In this document: positions 39,664-49,686 of the stretch, piece by piece | Numbering within the stretch: position 1 is the first letter of the stretch | Layout of the letters: every line of letters begins with the position of its first letter | Program-made: the position numbers and the translations under genes | Virus record (IMG/VR): IMGVR_UViG_3300042691_042003 | Span: 1-64,000 of that record | DNA length: 64,000 nt | Direction: 5' to 3' (one strand) | Notes under the pieces: generated by a model | Told to the model about the DNA's origin: nothing | Seen by the model: only the letters and a program-made list of their open reading frames with translations | Databases searched by the model: none

Positions 39664-42600
39664 ATGCCAATAGCTATTAAAGAGTTTTTACTTTCCGATT
39701 CCATATCGGAATTATCAGAAAAACTAAATTTTAATTTTGATCAAATTGTATTAGCAGGAGGAGGACCTCCTGGACCTATAGGACCTCAAGGAGTAGCTGG
39801 TGTAGCTGGTCCTCAAGGAAAAAGAGGAGATCATTGGTTTGTTGGTGCAACAACTATTGGATTAACGGCAGATCATGATGGATCTAGCGATTTAAAAGTT
39901 CAAGATTTATTTTTAGATTCAGACGGAAATGTTTTAAAATATTTTGAAATTAGTGGTTCTACTGGATGGACTTCTACAGGTATTAATTTAAAAGGTCCTC
40001 AAGGAGTTGAAGGTGTTACCGGCGGTTCTTTCGAATGGAAAATTTATTTAGCCTCTACTGCAGGTAATGTTGTTAGTACTAATGGATTTTATGGTCCAGA
40101 TTTTAATCCTGGAACAGATAATAACGATATTAATTTTGCAATACCTACTTCTACATATAAGAATTCTATATTTTTAGGAGATCCAAATTGGTCTTATTCT
40201 TACTTAGAAGAATTCGGAACTAATCCTTATCAATCTAATGCTGCTGGATCTTCTGCTTATGTTCCGAAATTAACAATAGTACAAAAAGAGGTTAATAGTG
40301 TAGGAGTAAATGGTTTATCCTTTGGTGCTTATGGATTAACTTCAGGGATAGGTTTACAAGAAGTATATGGGGATACGACTTCACTTACCGATTCTTATTC
40401 ATTTGTTAATGCTGGTTTTATGACCGAACCTTTAGGAGCTGGATCTCATAAAACGAAATGGAGACTTTTTTCTCCTAGAGTTCCTCTAGAAATAAGAGCC
40501 GGTGATGAAATTTCATCAGGAAGTAATGTCCTTCCTTCTTCTATGAGATTAATATCGGATGAAATTGTTATTAGAAATTATAACTTAAAAAATAGTATAA
40601 AAATAAAACCTCCTTTATCTGTTAATGATCCGGACAGGATAGTAGGAACTGTAAGAGAACTATCTATTAATTCATGGGCAGAATTATTATCTTTTAGTGA
40701 CAGTGCAAATAATAACATATATTCATATATAGCCTTACAGAATGAACCAGGCGGAATTGCTCAAATGGTTCAACATTCTCATGGAAATGTAGTTATAGGT
40801 CCTACAGTAGGACCGGTTTTAAATGGAGATAGGCCTTATTCAGGATCACCTGGTTCGGTTTTAGGTGTAGGATCTCCTCAGGCTTTAGCTATAGTTAGAG
40901 ATATAACACAACCTGATACTATAGATGCTGCAGTTAGATTCATATATCCTTCGGAATTTAGAAGTTTTGCTGGGATTTCAGGAAGAAGAATCGATAAGAT
41001 AAAATCTACATGGATTGGATCTATAGTACCAGTAAGAACAAAAACAACATCTGCATGGCCAGATTTAGATTATATGGTTATCTCTTCCGGATTAGGTTCT
41101 GGGTTTATTTCAGGAGTTACAGCTGGAGGTAGAATAGGAATTACTAATACTGTTTTACATGGAGATGGTAATAAAGGATATGTTCCTCAGCATGCTTTTC
41201 ATGTATCAATAATTAAAGATAAATGGACAACTTCTGCTGGCTGGTTAGGTGATACGTCTATGAAAACTGGACCTACAGGAGAACTAGATTTTTTCTTTGC
41301 CGGTTTTGATGTTGCTAATATTCAATCATTATCCGAAGCTAGCGATTCTACAAAGAGAAGAGGAGTAGGAATAGGATTTGCTGCTAAAGAATTTGTTGAT
41401 GTTGTAGGTTCAACTTCTCTATTAGCTGTAATACAAACCTATTATAAAGGAGATTCTCCTCACGGTTCTGCTGATACTGATAATTCTGCTTTTACAGCAC
41501 CTTTTGCTCAAGGATATGGAACTCCAAATCTTTATTTACAACCATATAATACTCCTAATAATTGGGGAGATGAAAGCGGTAATGTTGCTATAGGTTTCGT
41601 TCCTAATAGCGTTTATGATCCTGGATATCCTTCGGCTCCTGGTTCAACATTTGCTTATTATAGAGGACATTATCCATTTTCGAAACTTTCTATTAATGGA
41701 TCTATTACTATAGCCGGGAAAACTAGCGGGTTTCATACTCAATTTGTAACTAGACCTAAAAATGGTATATTAGTAGAAGGACCAATTATTGGAGGTAGGG
41801 GATCTACTTACTCAGCAAAACAATACGGTAATTCTTGGTTTGGAGGTGCAGAATTTTTAAATGCAAATCCTGCTCTTCCTTACGGATTAGGTGTTCAAAA
41901 TATTAATGCTTCTTTTGATAAGCTAGTTATGGCAGGGAATTATACTACAAAGTATAGCGGATATCCTTCACCTTTCCCTGAATATTCTTTTTCGGACATG
42001 AGAACCGGTATACGAATGAAATATACAGGGACTTATAATTCAATGGAATATAATAGTCCTGATTTTGGATTTAGTACTAATAGAAATACTTTACTTACTC
42101 CTTATTCAGGGAGAGGAGGTGTAGGTCAACTTGTTGCTGGTCCTCATCATCAGCTTAATGATTTTACTCAAATCCCTTATATGATTGGTGGTCCTGGATT
42201 TACTGCTTCTAAAGTAGTTGCTGAATGGGCTTCTAGTGGAGATCTAATGCGAGGATATAGAACAAGACAGGGTGGAGCAGGCGATTCGACTTTGAACGCA
42301 GGACCTGATCCGGTTTTAGGTTGGGTATTTCCTGCAATTGGATATGAAAATAATACCGAATATTCTTCTTTAAAAATAACAGATACAATAAGTAAAGAAA
42401 TACTATATAAAGATGTTAGTGATTTAGAAAAAAGATATGTATTTTTTAATGTTGATACAGCAGGTGGTTGGGATCATGTTCCTGCAGGATCGTCTATTGG
42501 AGAAAGAGGAGGATTAAGATTTAGAGGTATTTATTATAAAATCCCTACTAATAAATCAATATGCTATCTAAGATCACCGGGAACTTATTATGGACAATAT

Positions 42601-43713
42601 TATGATCTCGTAAATACTAATGGTAGATTAATAAGAATAAGCAATGCTCAATCTTTATTCTATTTAAATGGATTTACATGGGAAGGGAAAGAAATCCCTG
42701 CTCAAATAGCTCATAGAGAAAGAGCAAAAAGATTTGATTTAACTTCATCAGAACCTACTTCTGCTACTACTACTATAATTCCTATGAAATGGGATTGGAA
42801 TAATATGAATCCAGATGGTAATGGAGCTAGAAGTAGAGAAGCTATGAAAAGATTTAATTATTATTGGCCTAGTAATTTTGCTTATTTTGATGATGGTCAT
42901 TATTACGGCCAAGAATTTACTCTTATAACTGGTGATATGAGTTCAAATAATTCTCTTTATTTAGATGGAACTCCTCCTAGTGAAGGATTTATGAAAAAAT
43001 GGGAATATTTTACTATTAATAATAACTATACTATTAGTGCTGCAGCTCCTGAAGGGAATAGAACTTTACAGGTTGAAGAAGTTTCCGAAGGAAATTTAGA
43101 TCCTTCGACTCCTGAACCATATAAATCTTATTCTCAAGGAGGTGCTGTTGGATGGAATAATAACGATAGAATATTAAAAGTAAAATCTAAAATAGTTTTA
43201 CCTTTAGCTGCGGATTCCGAGAGATTAGCTCCTGGAACTCCTTGGGGACCTTATGATTTTAATGAAAAAAGATCTATTATTTCTCCTGCAAACAATATTC
43301 CTACAGGAATTAATGAATTAGGAAGTTCGATAGAAAGATCTTCGATTGCAGGTAATAAATTAGGAACTACTATAAAATCTAATACGGTTTATAAATTTGT
43401 ATGGCTTCCTGGGGATTGGCAAATGGAAGATTTTATTTCATATAGAAATTCGGTTCCTACTAATCCAGGAGGTTTAGATGGGAGATATAGATATTTCACA
43501 AAGGATAGTAATGCTGGTACTAATAATAGAACTGTTCCAGATTATTTAATAACTGGTATCGACGGTCCAAAAAACGATGCTATAGGAGATCCTGCGTTAT
43601 ATGATCATTCAGGTGCCTGGGTTTGTATAGGAATGGAAAGATTAGTTAGAAGAAATTTCTTCGATTATGGAGCAGTAAATCCTATAGTTAAATTTGCTGA
43701 TTGGGATTTTTAA
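39664..43713 (+). CDS. Tail fibre / receptor-binding protein
   Basis: N-terminal anchor (KLNFNFDQIV), short collagen (GPPGPIGPQGVAGVAGPQG), then a Gly/Ser/aromatic-rich beta-type body. Confidence 0.65.
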   Translation: MPIAIKEFLLSDSISELSEKLNFNFDQIVLAGGGPPGPIGPQGVAGVAGPQGKRGDHWFVGATTIGLTADHDGSSDLKVQDLFLDSDGNVLKYFEISGSTGWTSTGINLKGPQGVEGVTGGSFEWKIYLASTAGNVVSTNGFYGPDFNPGTDNNDINFAIPTSTYKNSIFLGDPNWSYSYLEEFGTNPYQSNAAGSSAYVPKLTIVQKEVNSVGVNGLSFGAYGLTSGIGLQEVYGDTTSLTDSYSFVNAGFMTEPLGAGSHKTKWRLFSPRVPLEIRAGDEISSGSNVLPSSMRLISDEIVIRNYNLKNSIKIKPPLSVNDPDRIVGTVRELSINSWAELLSFSDSANNNIYSYIALQNEPGGIAQMVQHSHGNVVIGPTVGPVLNGDRPYSGSPGSVLGVGSPQALAIVRDITQPDTIDAAVRFIYPSEFRSFAGISGRRIDKIKSTWIGSIVPVRTKTTSAWPDLDYMVISSGLGSGFISGVTAGGRIGITNTVLHGDGNKGYVPQHAFHVSIIKDKWTTSAGWLGDTSMKTGPTGELDFFFAGFDVANIQSLSEASDSTKRRGVGIGFAAKEFVDVVGSTSLLAVIQTYYKGDSPHGSADTDNSAFTAPFAQGYGTPNLYLQPYNTPNNWGDESGNVAIGFVPNSVYDPGYPSAPGSTFAYYRGHYPFSKLSINGSITIAGKTSGFHTQFVTRPKNGILVEGPIIGGRGSTYSAKQYGNSWFGGAEFLNANPALPYGLGVQNINASFDKLVMAGNYTTKYSGYPSPFPEYSFSDMRTGIRMKYTGTYNSMEYNSPDFGFSTNRNTLLTPYSGRGGVGQLVAGPHHQLNDFTQIPYMIGGPGFTASKVVAEWASSGDLMRGYRTRQGGAGDSTLNAGPDPVLGWVFPAIGYENNTEYSSLKITDTISKEILYKDVSDLEKRYVFFNVDTAGGWDHVPAGSSIGERGGLRFRGIYYKIPTNKSICYLRSPGTYYGQYYDLVNTNGRLIRISNAQSLFYLNGFTWEGKEIPAQIAHRERAKRFDLTSSEPTSATTTIIPMKWDWNNMNPDGNGARSREAMKRFNYYWPSNFAYFDDGHYYGQEFTLITGDMSSNNSLYLDGTPPSEGFMKKWEYFTINNNYTISAAAPEGNRTLQVEEVSEGNLDPSTPEPYKSYSQGGAVGWNNNDRILKVKSKIVLPLAADSERLAPGTPWGPYDFNEKRSIISPANNIPTGINELGSSIERSSIAGNKLGTTIKSNTVYKFVWLPGDWQMEDFISYRNSVPTNPGGLDGRYRYFTKDSNAGTNNRTVPDYLITGIDGPKNDAIGDPALYDHSGAWVCIGMERLVRRNFFDYGAVNPIVKFADWDF

Positions 43714-43714
43714 T

Positions 43715-44500
43715 ATGAAAAATTTTAAAGATTATATTTCTTGGGTTTTATCTCTTATTTTAATTATACTTCTTCTTCATCAATGTGATAGAATAGGAGA
43801 TTTAAAAGAAGAGACTAAAATACAAAAACAGAATCAAAAAGCTATTCTTGATTCTGTTAGAATTGTTAAGAATCGATTTGGAGAAGATATTTCTGTAAAG
43901 AATGTTCTCATTGCAGATAATAAAGAGCTAAAGACAATAAATAAATCTCTCTCTGAAGATCTAAAAAAGCTAGAAGGTAAAGTAAAGTACATATCATCAA
44001 TCGTAACAGAAATAAAAAATAGCGAACCTATTGTAATAAGCAACACAATTAGAGAACTTCCTGATGGAACAAGAGAACTTGCTTGGAATTATGAAAAGAG
44101 CTTCGATTCAACTAATTCAAGAATTCTAGAAGGAAATTCTAAATTTAGAATTGATACAATAGGAGGAAAAGTAGAAATTATAGATAAAGGAACTACAATT
44201 TCTCGAGATGAAATAAAAATAAAGCTAACAACAGGATTAACAGAGCTAGATAAATCTTATCAAATATATGTTAAAACCGATTATCCGGGAGTTACTTTTC
44301 CGAAAATAGATGGATCAGTTTTAGATAAATCTATGTTTGTAAAAGAAAAACAACCTACTTTTGTTATAGGTCCTTCTATTAGTGCAGGAATGACTCTTAA
44401 CCCTCTTACTTTACAACCTCAACCTTATGTTGGAGGAGGTCTTAGTTGCACTTTTAACGTTAATAAATATATTAGAAAGATAAAGAATTTCTTTAAATAA
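43715..44500 (+). CDS. Membrane-anchored coiled-coil protein, spanin-like
   Basis: Start at ATG 43715 rather than 43694; N-terminal hydrophobic segment ending LLLHQC, coiled coil, C-terminal amphipathic beta-strands (FVIGPSISAG...PYVGGGLSCTFN). Confidence 0.45.
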   Translation: MKNFKDYISWVLSLILIILLLHQCDRIGDLKEETKIQKQNQKAILDSVRIVKNRFGEDISVKNVLIADNKELKTINKSLSEDLKKLEGKVKYISSIVTEIKNSEPIVISNTIRELPDGTRELAWNYEKSFDSTNSRILEGNSKFRIDTIGGKVEIIDKGTTISRDEIKIKLTTGLTELDKSYQIYVKTDYPGVTFPKIDGSVLDKSMFVKEKQPTFVIGPSISAGMTLNPLTLQPQPYVGGGLSCTFNVNKYIRKIKNFFK

Positions 44501-46689
44501 TGGCTACTACTTCTAAATTTGTACAACTTAGTTCTTCAGTTTTATTAGAATATATTTATGCAGATCAAAATGCAATAAATACTGCAGGAAATCCTTATAG
44601 ATTAAATACTGATGATAATCCTATTTGGAGAACAAAAAACGATCATAATAAAGAAGATATTATTTTTAATGGAGATTCTGCAAAAAGAATAGAATTAGGT
44701 TTACCTATAGGAACTGGTAATGTTAGAGATAGATCTTATGCGTATATAGATCCTTATCGATTAGCACTTCTTGATATCGATAAAGTTACATTTTACAACG
44801 ATTTCGATTCTTCTCTTGATAATACTTCTTCTCTTCCTATTACATTTAACAATATTCAGGCTCCTGTTTATGATACAATTAAGCTTCATTTAGTTCAAGG
44901 TTTTAATTTTGAACAATATACAGGATTAGTTTTTAATATTAAAGTTAAAGATAAAAAAGGAAAAAATATTAATCTCCTTAATTTAGCTTATAATAAATCG
45001 GATTCTTTTGAGGTAAATAATCCTGCATCTTTCTTTTTTGCCGGAAAAGTTTATGATACGTATCTTGAAGTAAGAGTTCTTTCTCTCTATAATTTAATTT
45101 ATGATTATTGGGTTGGAGGGATTGATCCGGATTCTGTAGTTTATAAAATAACTAGAGGAGAAGGAATACAAAAAGAACAATTAATACAAATTAATTTTTC
45201 TTGGATTAGAGATAGAAAGGTAGTAGACGATCAGGAATATGTTTATCCTTATGATATCGTATCAGTAGATATTCCTCCTCAAGATCAATTTGAATCTATA
45301 GCTGCTAAAATTCAAGAATCTGAAGAATTTGATTATATTGAATTTTATGCAACTTACAAAGGAAATATTATAGATAATTTTATTACAGGATTAAATCAAA
45401 ATGGATATGATTATATTATTCTTCATGATTTAATTCTTTCCGAATATATTTACGATCCTACGGGAGCAACTTATTATTGGCAAAAAACCGACGAATTACA
45501 GCTATCTCAAACTTCAGAATATGATTTACCTAATAGATTTAGACCTGTAATAAAAAATGGATCCGCTATAGCTTTTAAAATAGATTATACGGTTAGGCTT
45601 TATAATAGGGAAGATAATTCTCAAATTTGGAAAACATCTTCTATGATTTCTTATTCTGCTGCTAAGTACGGTAAGAAACTTTTACAGATAAATTTAGGAG
45701 ATAATCCTGTACAATCTATAATTTATAATAAAAGTTTTATAAAAGAAGTTAAAATTAATAGAATAACCGAACCGGTTTTAGATAATTTCAGATATATCAC
45801 TTCTTTTATTAATAATACTCAAGTTTCTGTTTCGGTAGATAATACTACTGATAGCGAAAATTTTGTAACTTCTAATAATCCTAATATCTATCCGAATGGT
45901 CTTGCTAGAGTTTTAATTTCCGATTCGATAACTTATCTTAAGTTCTCTATATACACTAAGGATAAATCAGAGACTAATGTCCCTCTTAATCTTTCAGGAT
46001 TAGGAAAACTTCTTATTTCTTTCACTTCGGATACAGGAGAAAGTTTAGATATATATGAAACTCCTAGTCAAACTACATCTAAAACTTCAGGAGAGGTAGT
46101 TTTCAGATTAACTAAATCCGAATCTACTACTGTAAGTAATTATAAAGAAAAACAATTTAAGATTTATCTTATAAACGATAAAAATGAAAAAACATTTTTA
46201 TACGGTGGAAGATTTTATAATCAAAAGGAATGGGTAAAATTAGCAGAATCGGATAGAATTACACTTTTAGAAAAAAATGTTACCGATTTAACAACAGACA
46301 ATTCTAATTTAAATAGTACGATAGTTACTCAATCAGAAAGGATTAATAGTCTTACTCAACAGATGAATCAGCTTCTCACGGAAGATGCAAAAGAGACAGT
46401 AGTTCTCAATATACAAAAAGATACAATTAATGATTTAACTAAACAAGTTAATGAATTAACTGCTAAACTTGATGTTGCTAATTCTAGATTAAATTCTTCT
46501 CAGGGATTAGTTAATAATTTAAGAATAAAGCTAAACAATCAACAAACTTTAAATGCCTCTTTATCTCAACAGTTAAATACATTTAAAACAACTTCTGAAA
46601 CTTTACAAGATCTATTAGAAGCTAATATGGGTAGTGTAAATAATACTAATGCTTCAACCTATAGTACAGGAAGTACTTCTTCTAATTAA
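44500..46689 (+). CDS. Virion structural protein with long C-terminal coiled coil
   Basis: 729 aa; heptad-rich Asn/Gln/Leu tail from about aa 590. Confidence 0.5.
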   Translation: MATTSKFVQLSSSVLLEYIYADQNAINTAGNPYRLNTDDNPIWRTKNDHNKEDIIFNGDSAKRIELGLPIGTGNVRDRSYAYIDPYRLALLDIDKVTFYNDFDSSLDNTSSLPITFNNIQAPVYDTIKLHLVQGFNFEQYTGLVFNIKVKDKKGKNINLLNLAYNKSDSFEVNNPASFFFAGKVYDTYLEVRVLSLYNLIYDYWVGGIDPDSVVYKITRGEGIQKEQLIQINFSWIRDRKVVDDQEYVYPYDIVSVDIPPQDQFESIAAKIQESEEFDYIEFYATYKGNIIDNFITGLNQNGYDYIILHDLILSEYIYDPTGATYYWQKTDELQLSQTSEYDLPNRFRPVIKNGSAIAFKIDYTVRLYNREDNSQIWKTSSMISYSAAKYGKKLLQINLGDNPVQSIIYNKSFIKEVKINRITEPVLDNFRYITSFINNTQVSVSVDNTTDSENFVTSNNPNIYPNGLARVLISDSITYLKFSIYTKDKSETNVPLNLSGLGKLLISFTSDTGESLDIYETPSQTTSKTSGEVVFRLTKSESTTVSNYKEKQFKIYLINDKNEKTFLYGGRFYNQKEWVKLAESDRITLLEKNVTDLTTDNSNLNSTIVTQSERINSLTQQMNQLLTEDAKETVVLNIQKDTINDLTKQVNELTAKLDVANSRLNSSQGLVNNLRIKLNNQQTLNASLSQQLNTFKTTSETLQDLLEANMGSVNNTNASTYSTGSTSSN

Positions 46690-46691
46690 TT

Positions 46692-47258
46692 ATGATTTTA
46701 CAAAACAGAAACGATTTATTTAAGGTTGAATTACCTAAGATATTCATACCTAAAGATATTAAGGCTAGATATGAGCCTTATCTTTTTCGTATGCCTACTC
46801 CTATTACTGATGTTTCGGATTTAGTTAATTATTCTATACAATCTATTACAATTCCTAATTTTAATTTTCAACCAGTTGAACAGGTTAAACCTGGTTATTA
46901 CGATCAAGCAAAAGGAACTGTAAGAAAATGGAGACAATCACTTTCTCCTGAAATGTTGATAGATAGAACCTTTACTCTAACTTTCCAACTTCTTGATGGT
47001 AATGTTAATTATTGGATAATGTTAGAAACTTTCTTTCACTATTATTCTTATCAGACTACGGAACCTTATACTTGTGATATTCCTTTACGTATTTTTGACG
47101 CAGAAGGTTTCTGTATGTATTCTACAACTTTTAAGGATTGTCTTTTTACTGGCCTTAATCAATTTACTCTTTCTTATTCGGAAATAACTCCTGAATTTAG
47201 AACATTTGAGGCTAATTTCGCATTTAATGAAATCAAGATAGATTTCCAAACTCAATGA
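46692..47258 (+). CDS. Tail-tube-fold protein (gp19/gp3-like)
   Basis: YSIQSITIPNF...FTLTFQLLDGNVNYW...LRIFDAEG...TFKDCLFTGL..FTLSY...TFEANFAF fits the tube fold. Confidence 0.65.
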   Translation: MILQNRNDLFKVELPKIFIPKDIKARYEPYLFRMPTPITDVSDLVNYSIQSITIPNFNFQPVEQVKPGYYDQAKGTVRKWRQSLSPEMLIDRTFTLTFQLLDGNVNYWIMLETFFHYYSYQTTEPYTCDIPLRIFDAEGFCMYSTTFKDCLFTGLNQFTLSYSEITPEFRTFEANFAFNEIKIDFQTQ

Positions 47259-47854
47259 TTATAGGTATAGATTTTAGTATTAATTCTACCGCTGTCTGTA
47301 TTCGCGGTGAAGAAACTCATCTTTTTTCGTTTGTTCCTAATTACAGAAAGGAGCTTTCTGGATTTAAGGTCCATAATCAATTTTCAGATTTAATTCGAGT
47401 TGTTTCTTATATAAAAGAATCCCCTTCTAAAGATTCTATCGAAGATCAATCAATTAAGTTAGCTAACGCTGATTCTCTTTCTTATACGATAATGAATTCA
47501 ATTACTCCTTTCGTAGAAGGGATTCCCGAAATAAGAATTGAGGGATTTTCTTTTGGATCTAAAGGAAATTCTTTTATAGACCTTATTACATACAATACTT
47601 TTTTAAAAGTAAAAATGATTCAACAATGGGGACATTGTATTTCTGTTATTTCTCCTAAGACAAATAAGAAACTTTTTACAGGAAACGGCAATGCCTCAAA
47701 ATGTGATATGCTAAGAAAATTTATAGAAAAGAATCAAGGACCTATTAGAGATCGTTTAATTGAAATGGGACTAAATAAAGAAGGAGAATTTACAATCCCT
47801 AAGCCTATCGATGACATCGTGGACTCATGGGCCTTAACGGAATCCTTAATTTAA
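47255..47854 (+). CDS. RuvC-like Holliday junction resolvase
   Basis: IIGIDFS (D), IRIEG (E), KKLFTGNGNASK, IDDIVDSW (D..D). Confidence 0.8.
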   Translation: MIIGIDFSINSTAVCIRGEETHLFSFVPNYRKELSGFKVHNQFSDLIRVVSYIKESPSKDSIEDQSIKLANADSLSYTIMNSITPFVEGIPEIRIEGFSFGSKGNSFIDLITYNTFLKVKMIQQWGHCISVISPKTNKKLFTGNGNASKCDMLRKFIEKNQGPIRDRLIEMGLNKEGEFTIPKPIDDIVDSWALTESLI

Positions 47855-47968
47855 TATACTTCAACTGGAAGAACTTGAGTAACTGTATTCTTCTTTACCT
47901 GAAATCCTTGTAATGGTTATATGACTTCTTGGATGAGTGAGTTTCATTTTTTTAAAATATTTTTCAAG

Positions 47969-47976
47969 GATAAATA
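47969..47976 (+). promoter_or_regulatory. GATAAATA putative late promoter
   Basis: Motif 4 nt before ATG 47981, at the head of the first tagged-protein cluster. Confidence 0.5.
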
Positions 47977-47980
47977 TTAT

Positions 47981-48331
47981 ATGAAAACATTTTACTCATA
48001 TTCAGATCTGCTGAACGAAGCTTCGGGACCTGAAAGTCGAATTGAAGATTTAGCGAAAGATCCTAAAACACATAAGGCTTTAGGAACTTCTGATGAAGGG
48101 AAGCTTAAACATGCATTTATGGTTCTTTTTAAAAGAGGATACGGAGCTGCACAAACTAATTGGGCAGCCGTTAATCCAAATATTAAGAAGTTAGGAAAAC
48201 CTGCAGCATATAATGCATGGGGTTATGCAAGGCTAAATGCATTCATTAAGAAAACAAAAGGATATGAAACAACTGATTCTGATGTAGCTGATTGGCTAAA
48301 CGGAAAAGGTGAGAAACCAGAACCAAATTAA
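47981..48331 (+). CDS. Putative internal head protein (capsid-targeting-like N-terminus)
   Basis: Real start is probably 47981 (MKTFYSYSDLLNE); the body (KRGYGAA...AWGYARLNAFI) resembles a small viral domain (DUF5824-like, recalled, not searched). Confidence 0.55.
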   Translation: MKTFYSYSDLLNEASGPESRIEDLAKDPKTHKALGTSDEGKLKHAFMVLFKRGYGAAQTNWAAVNPNIKKLGKPAAYNAWGYARLNAFIKKTKGYETTDSDVADWLNGKGEKPEPN

Positions 48332-48336
48332 TACAT

Positions 48337-48963
48337 ATGAAAAATATACCTTCATTTGAAGAATTCATTACCGAAAGCTTTCTTTTCGAAGAAGACAAAC
48401 CTAGAGTAGGTCATACCGTTAAGAGAAAAAAATATGCTGATGATCCACCAGATATCGGTCTCTATTCTAAAGGAGGCAGAGATGCTATTAAAGGTACTGG
48501 ATATGCTAATAAAGAAAAAGCCGAATTTACTATTAAGAAGCTTGATGAGTTGATGAAGAAAGGAGAGAGAGTTTGGGCTATGTCTATTGCGACTACAATG
48601 GAATCTAGAGCTAAAAAGCATAAGCATCAAACTCCTGAAATGAGAGAAGCTATGAAGATTTTTAGAGAGTGGATCGATAAGAATAAACTTAAAGAATCCG
48701 AAGATCATAAAGTAGAAGAAGGCGATGGTCTTTTTAGTCCTGGAGATAAAAATGCAGTTAAAGGAACTGGATATGGATCTAAAGAAAAAGCTGAAAAGAC
48801 TATTCAAATTATTGATAAGTTGAAGAAATCTGATCATAGACATGCTATGTCTATTGCTACAACTATGATGAATAGAGCAGAACACTCAGCTAATCAAACC
48901 GAGGGAATGAAAGCAGCTATTCCTATTTTTAAAAAATGGATCGAAGATAATAAAAAAACGTAA
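48337..48963 (+). CDS. Putative internal head protein with a tandem duplicated ~80-aa domain
   Basis: N-terminal MKNIPSFEEFITE; two copies of KGTGY.(N/S)KEKAE.TI...AMSIATTM..RA. Confidence 0.6.
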   Translation: MKNIPSFEEFITESFLFEEDKPRVGHTVKRKKYADDPPDIGLYSKGGRDAIKGTGYANKEKAEFTIKKLDELMKKGERVWAMSIATTMESRAKKHKHQTPEMREAMKIFREWIDKNKLKESEDHKVEEGDGLFSPGDKNAVKGTGYGSKEKAEKTIQIIDKLKKSDHRHAMSIATTMMNRAEHSANQTEGMKAAIPIFKKWIEDNKKT

Positions 48964-48967
48964 AAAA

Positions 48968-49339
48968 ATGAAAAACCTACTTACATTCAAAGAATTCTTA
49001 AATGAAAACATAAACGAAATGGTCAGATCTTTCTCTCTTTCAAAAGACGAAAAAGAATTTAAAGGAGATTTTAAAAACATAAAGAATTCTGCTTCTGATT
49101 TTCTGGATTTCCTTAAAAAAGAAAGATACACATGGTCGGATACGTCTTTTATGTACTTTCCTAATTTTGTTTGGGCCGGTGGTAAGCAGGTTTTTGGTCC
49201 TAGTATAGGAATCTTAATAGGTAGTGATACTATTGCAATTCGACCAATTGGCACCGATAAAGTTATTAAAGTTGGAGATGGAATTCTTCAGCGATTGATA
49301 CAAAATGGTCAGATAGAATCTTATGCAATGAAATTCTAA
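48968..49339 (+). CDS. Putative internal head protein
   Basis: N-terminal MKNLLTFKEFLNE. Confidence 0.55.
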   Translation: MKNLLTFKEFLNENINEMVRSFSLSKDEKEFKGDFKNIKNSASDFLDFLKKERYTWSDTSFMYFPNFVWAGGKQVFGPSIGILIGSDTIAIRPIGTDKVIKVGDGILQRLIQNGQIESYAMKF

Positions 49340-49351
49340 TGTAAAATCTTA

Positions 49352-49684
49352 ATGAGCACATTTCTAAAATATGATGAATTTCTTTTTGAGAAGGCTTATT
49401 CGAAAGAAGTAAAGTCTTCTCATTTAAAAGAAATGAATTATGATAGTGATACAAAAATTTTAGAAATAGAATTTCTAAATGGATCTAGATATCAATATAA
49501 AAATGTTCCTGAAAAAGTTTATAAAGAACTTGCTGAAGAACAAAATATACTGCGTAAATTAGGAAGAGGGATTATGAGAGGAGCAAAAAAGCTATTTGGA
49601 AGTGAAATAGGTGAAGATACATTTGGAGGGAGATTCTGGGAATTAATAAGAAAAGGAGATTACGAATATAAAAAAATAAATTAA
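49352..49684 (+). CDS. KTSC-domain protein with capsid-targeting-like N-terminus
   Basis: VKSSHLKEMNYDSDTKILEIEFLNGSRYQYKNVPEKVYKEL is the KTSC signature; N-terminal MSTFLKYDEFLFE. Confidence 0.8.
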   Translation: MSTFLKYDEFLFEKAYSKEVKSSHLKEMNYDSDTKILEIEFLNGSRYQYKNVPEKVYKELAEEQNILRKLGRGIMRGAKKLFGSEIGEDTFGGRFWELIRKGDYEYKKIN

Positions 49685-49686
49685 GC

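Noticed and set aside
39664-43713. Diversity-generating retroelement target in the fibre C-terminus
   Set aside because: No reverse transcriptase and no template/variable repeat pair seen in the window.
43715-43745. MKNFKDYI as another capsid-targeting tag
   Set aside because: It lacks the terminal xxE and is followed directly by a membrane anchor, so it is better read as a signal n-region.
48352-49254. Long minus-strand ORFs 48352-48885 and 48886-49254
   Set aside because: They lie fully antisense to well-formed plus-strand genes and are Phe/Ser/Ile-rich mirror sequences with no motifs.
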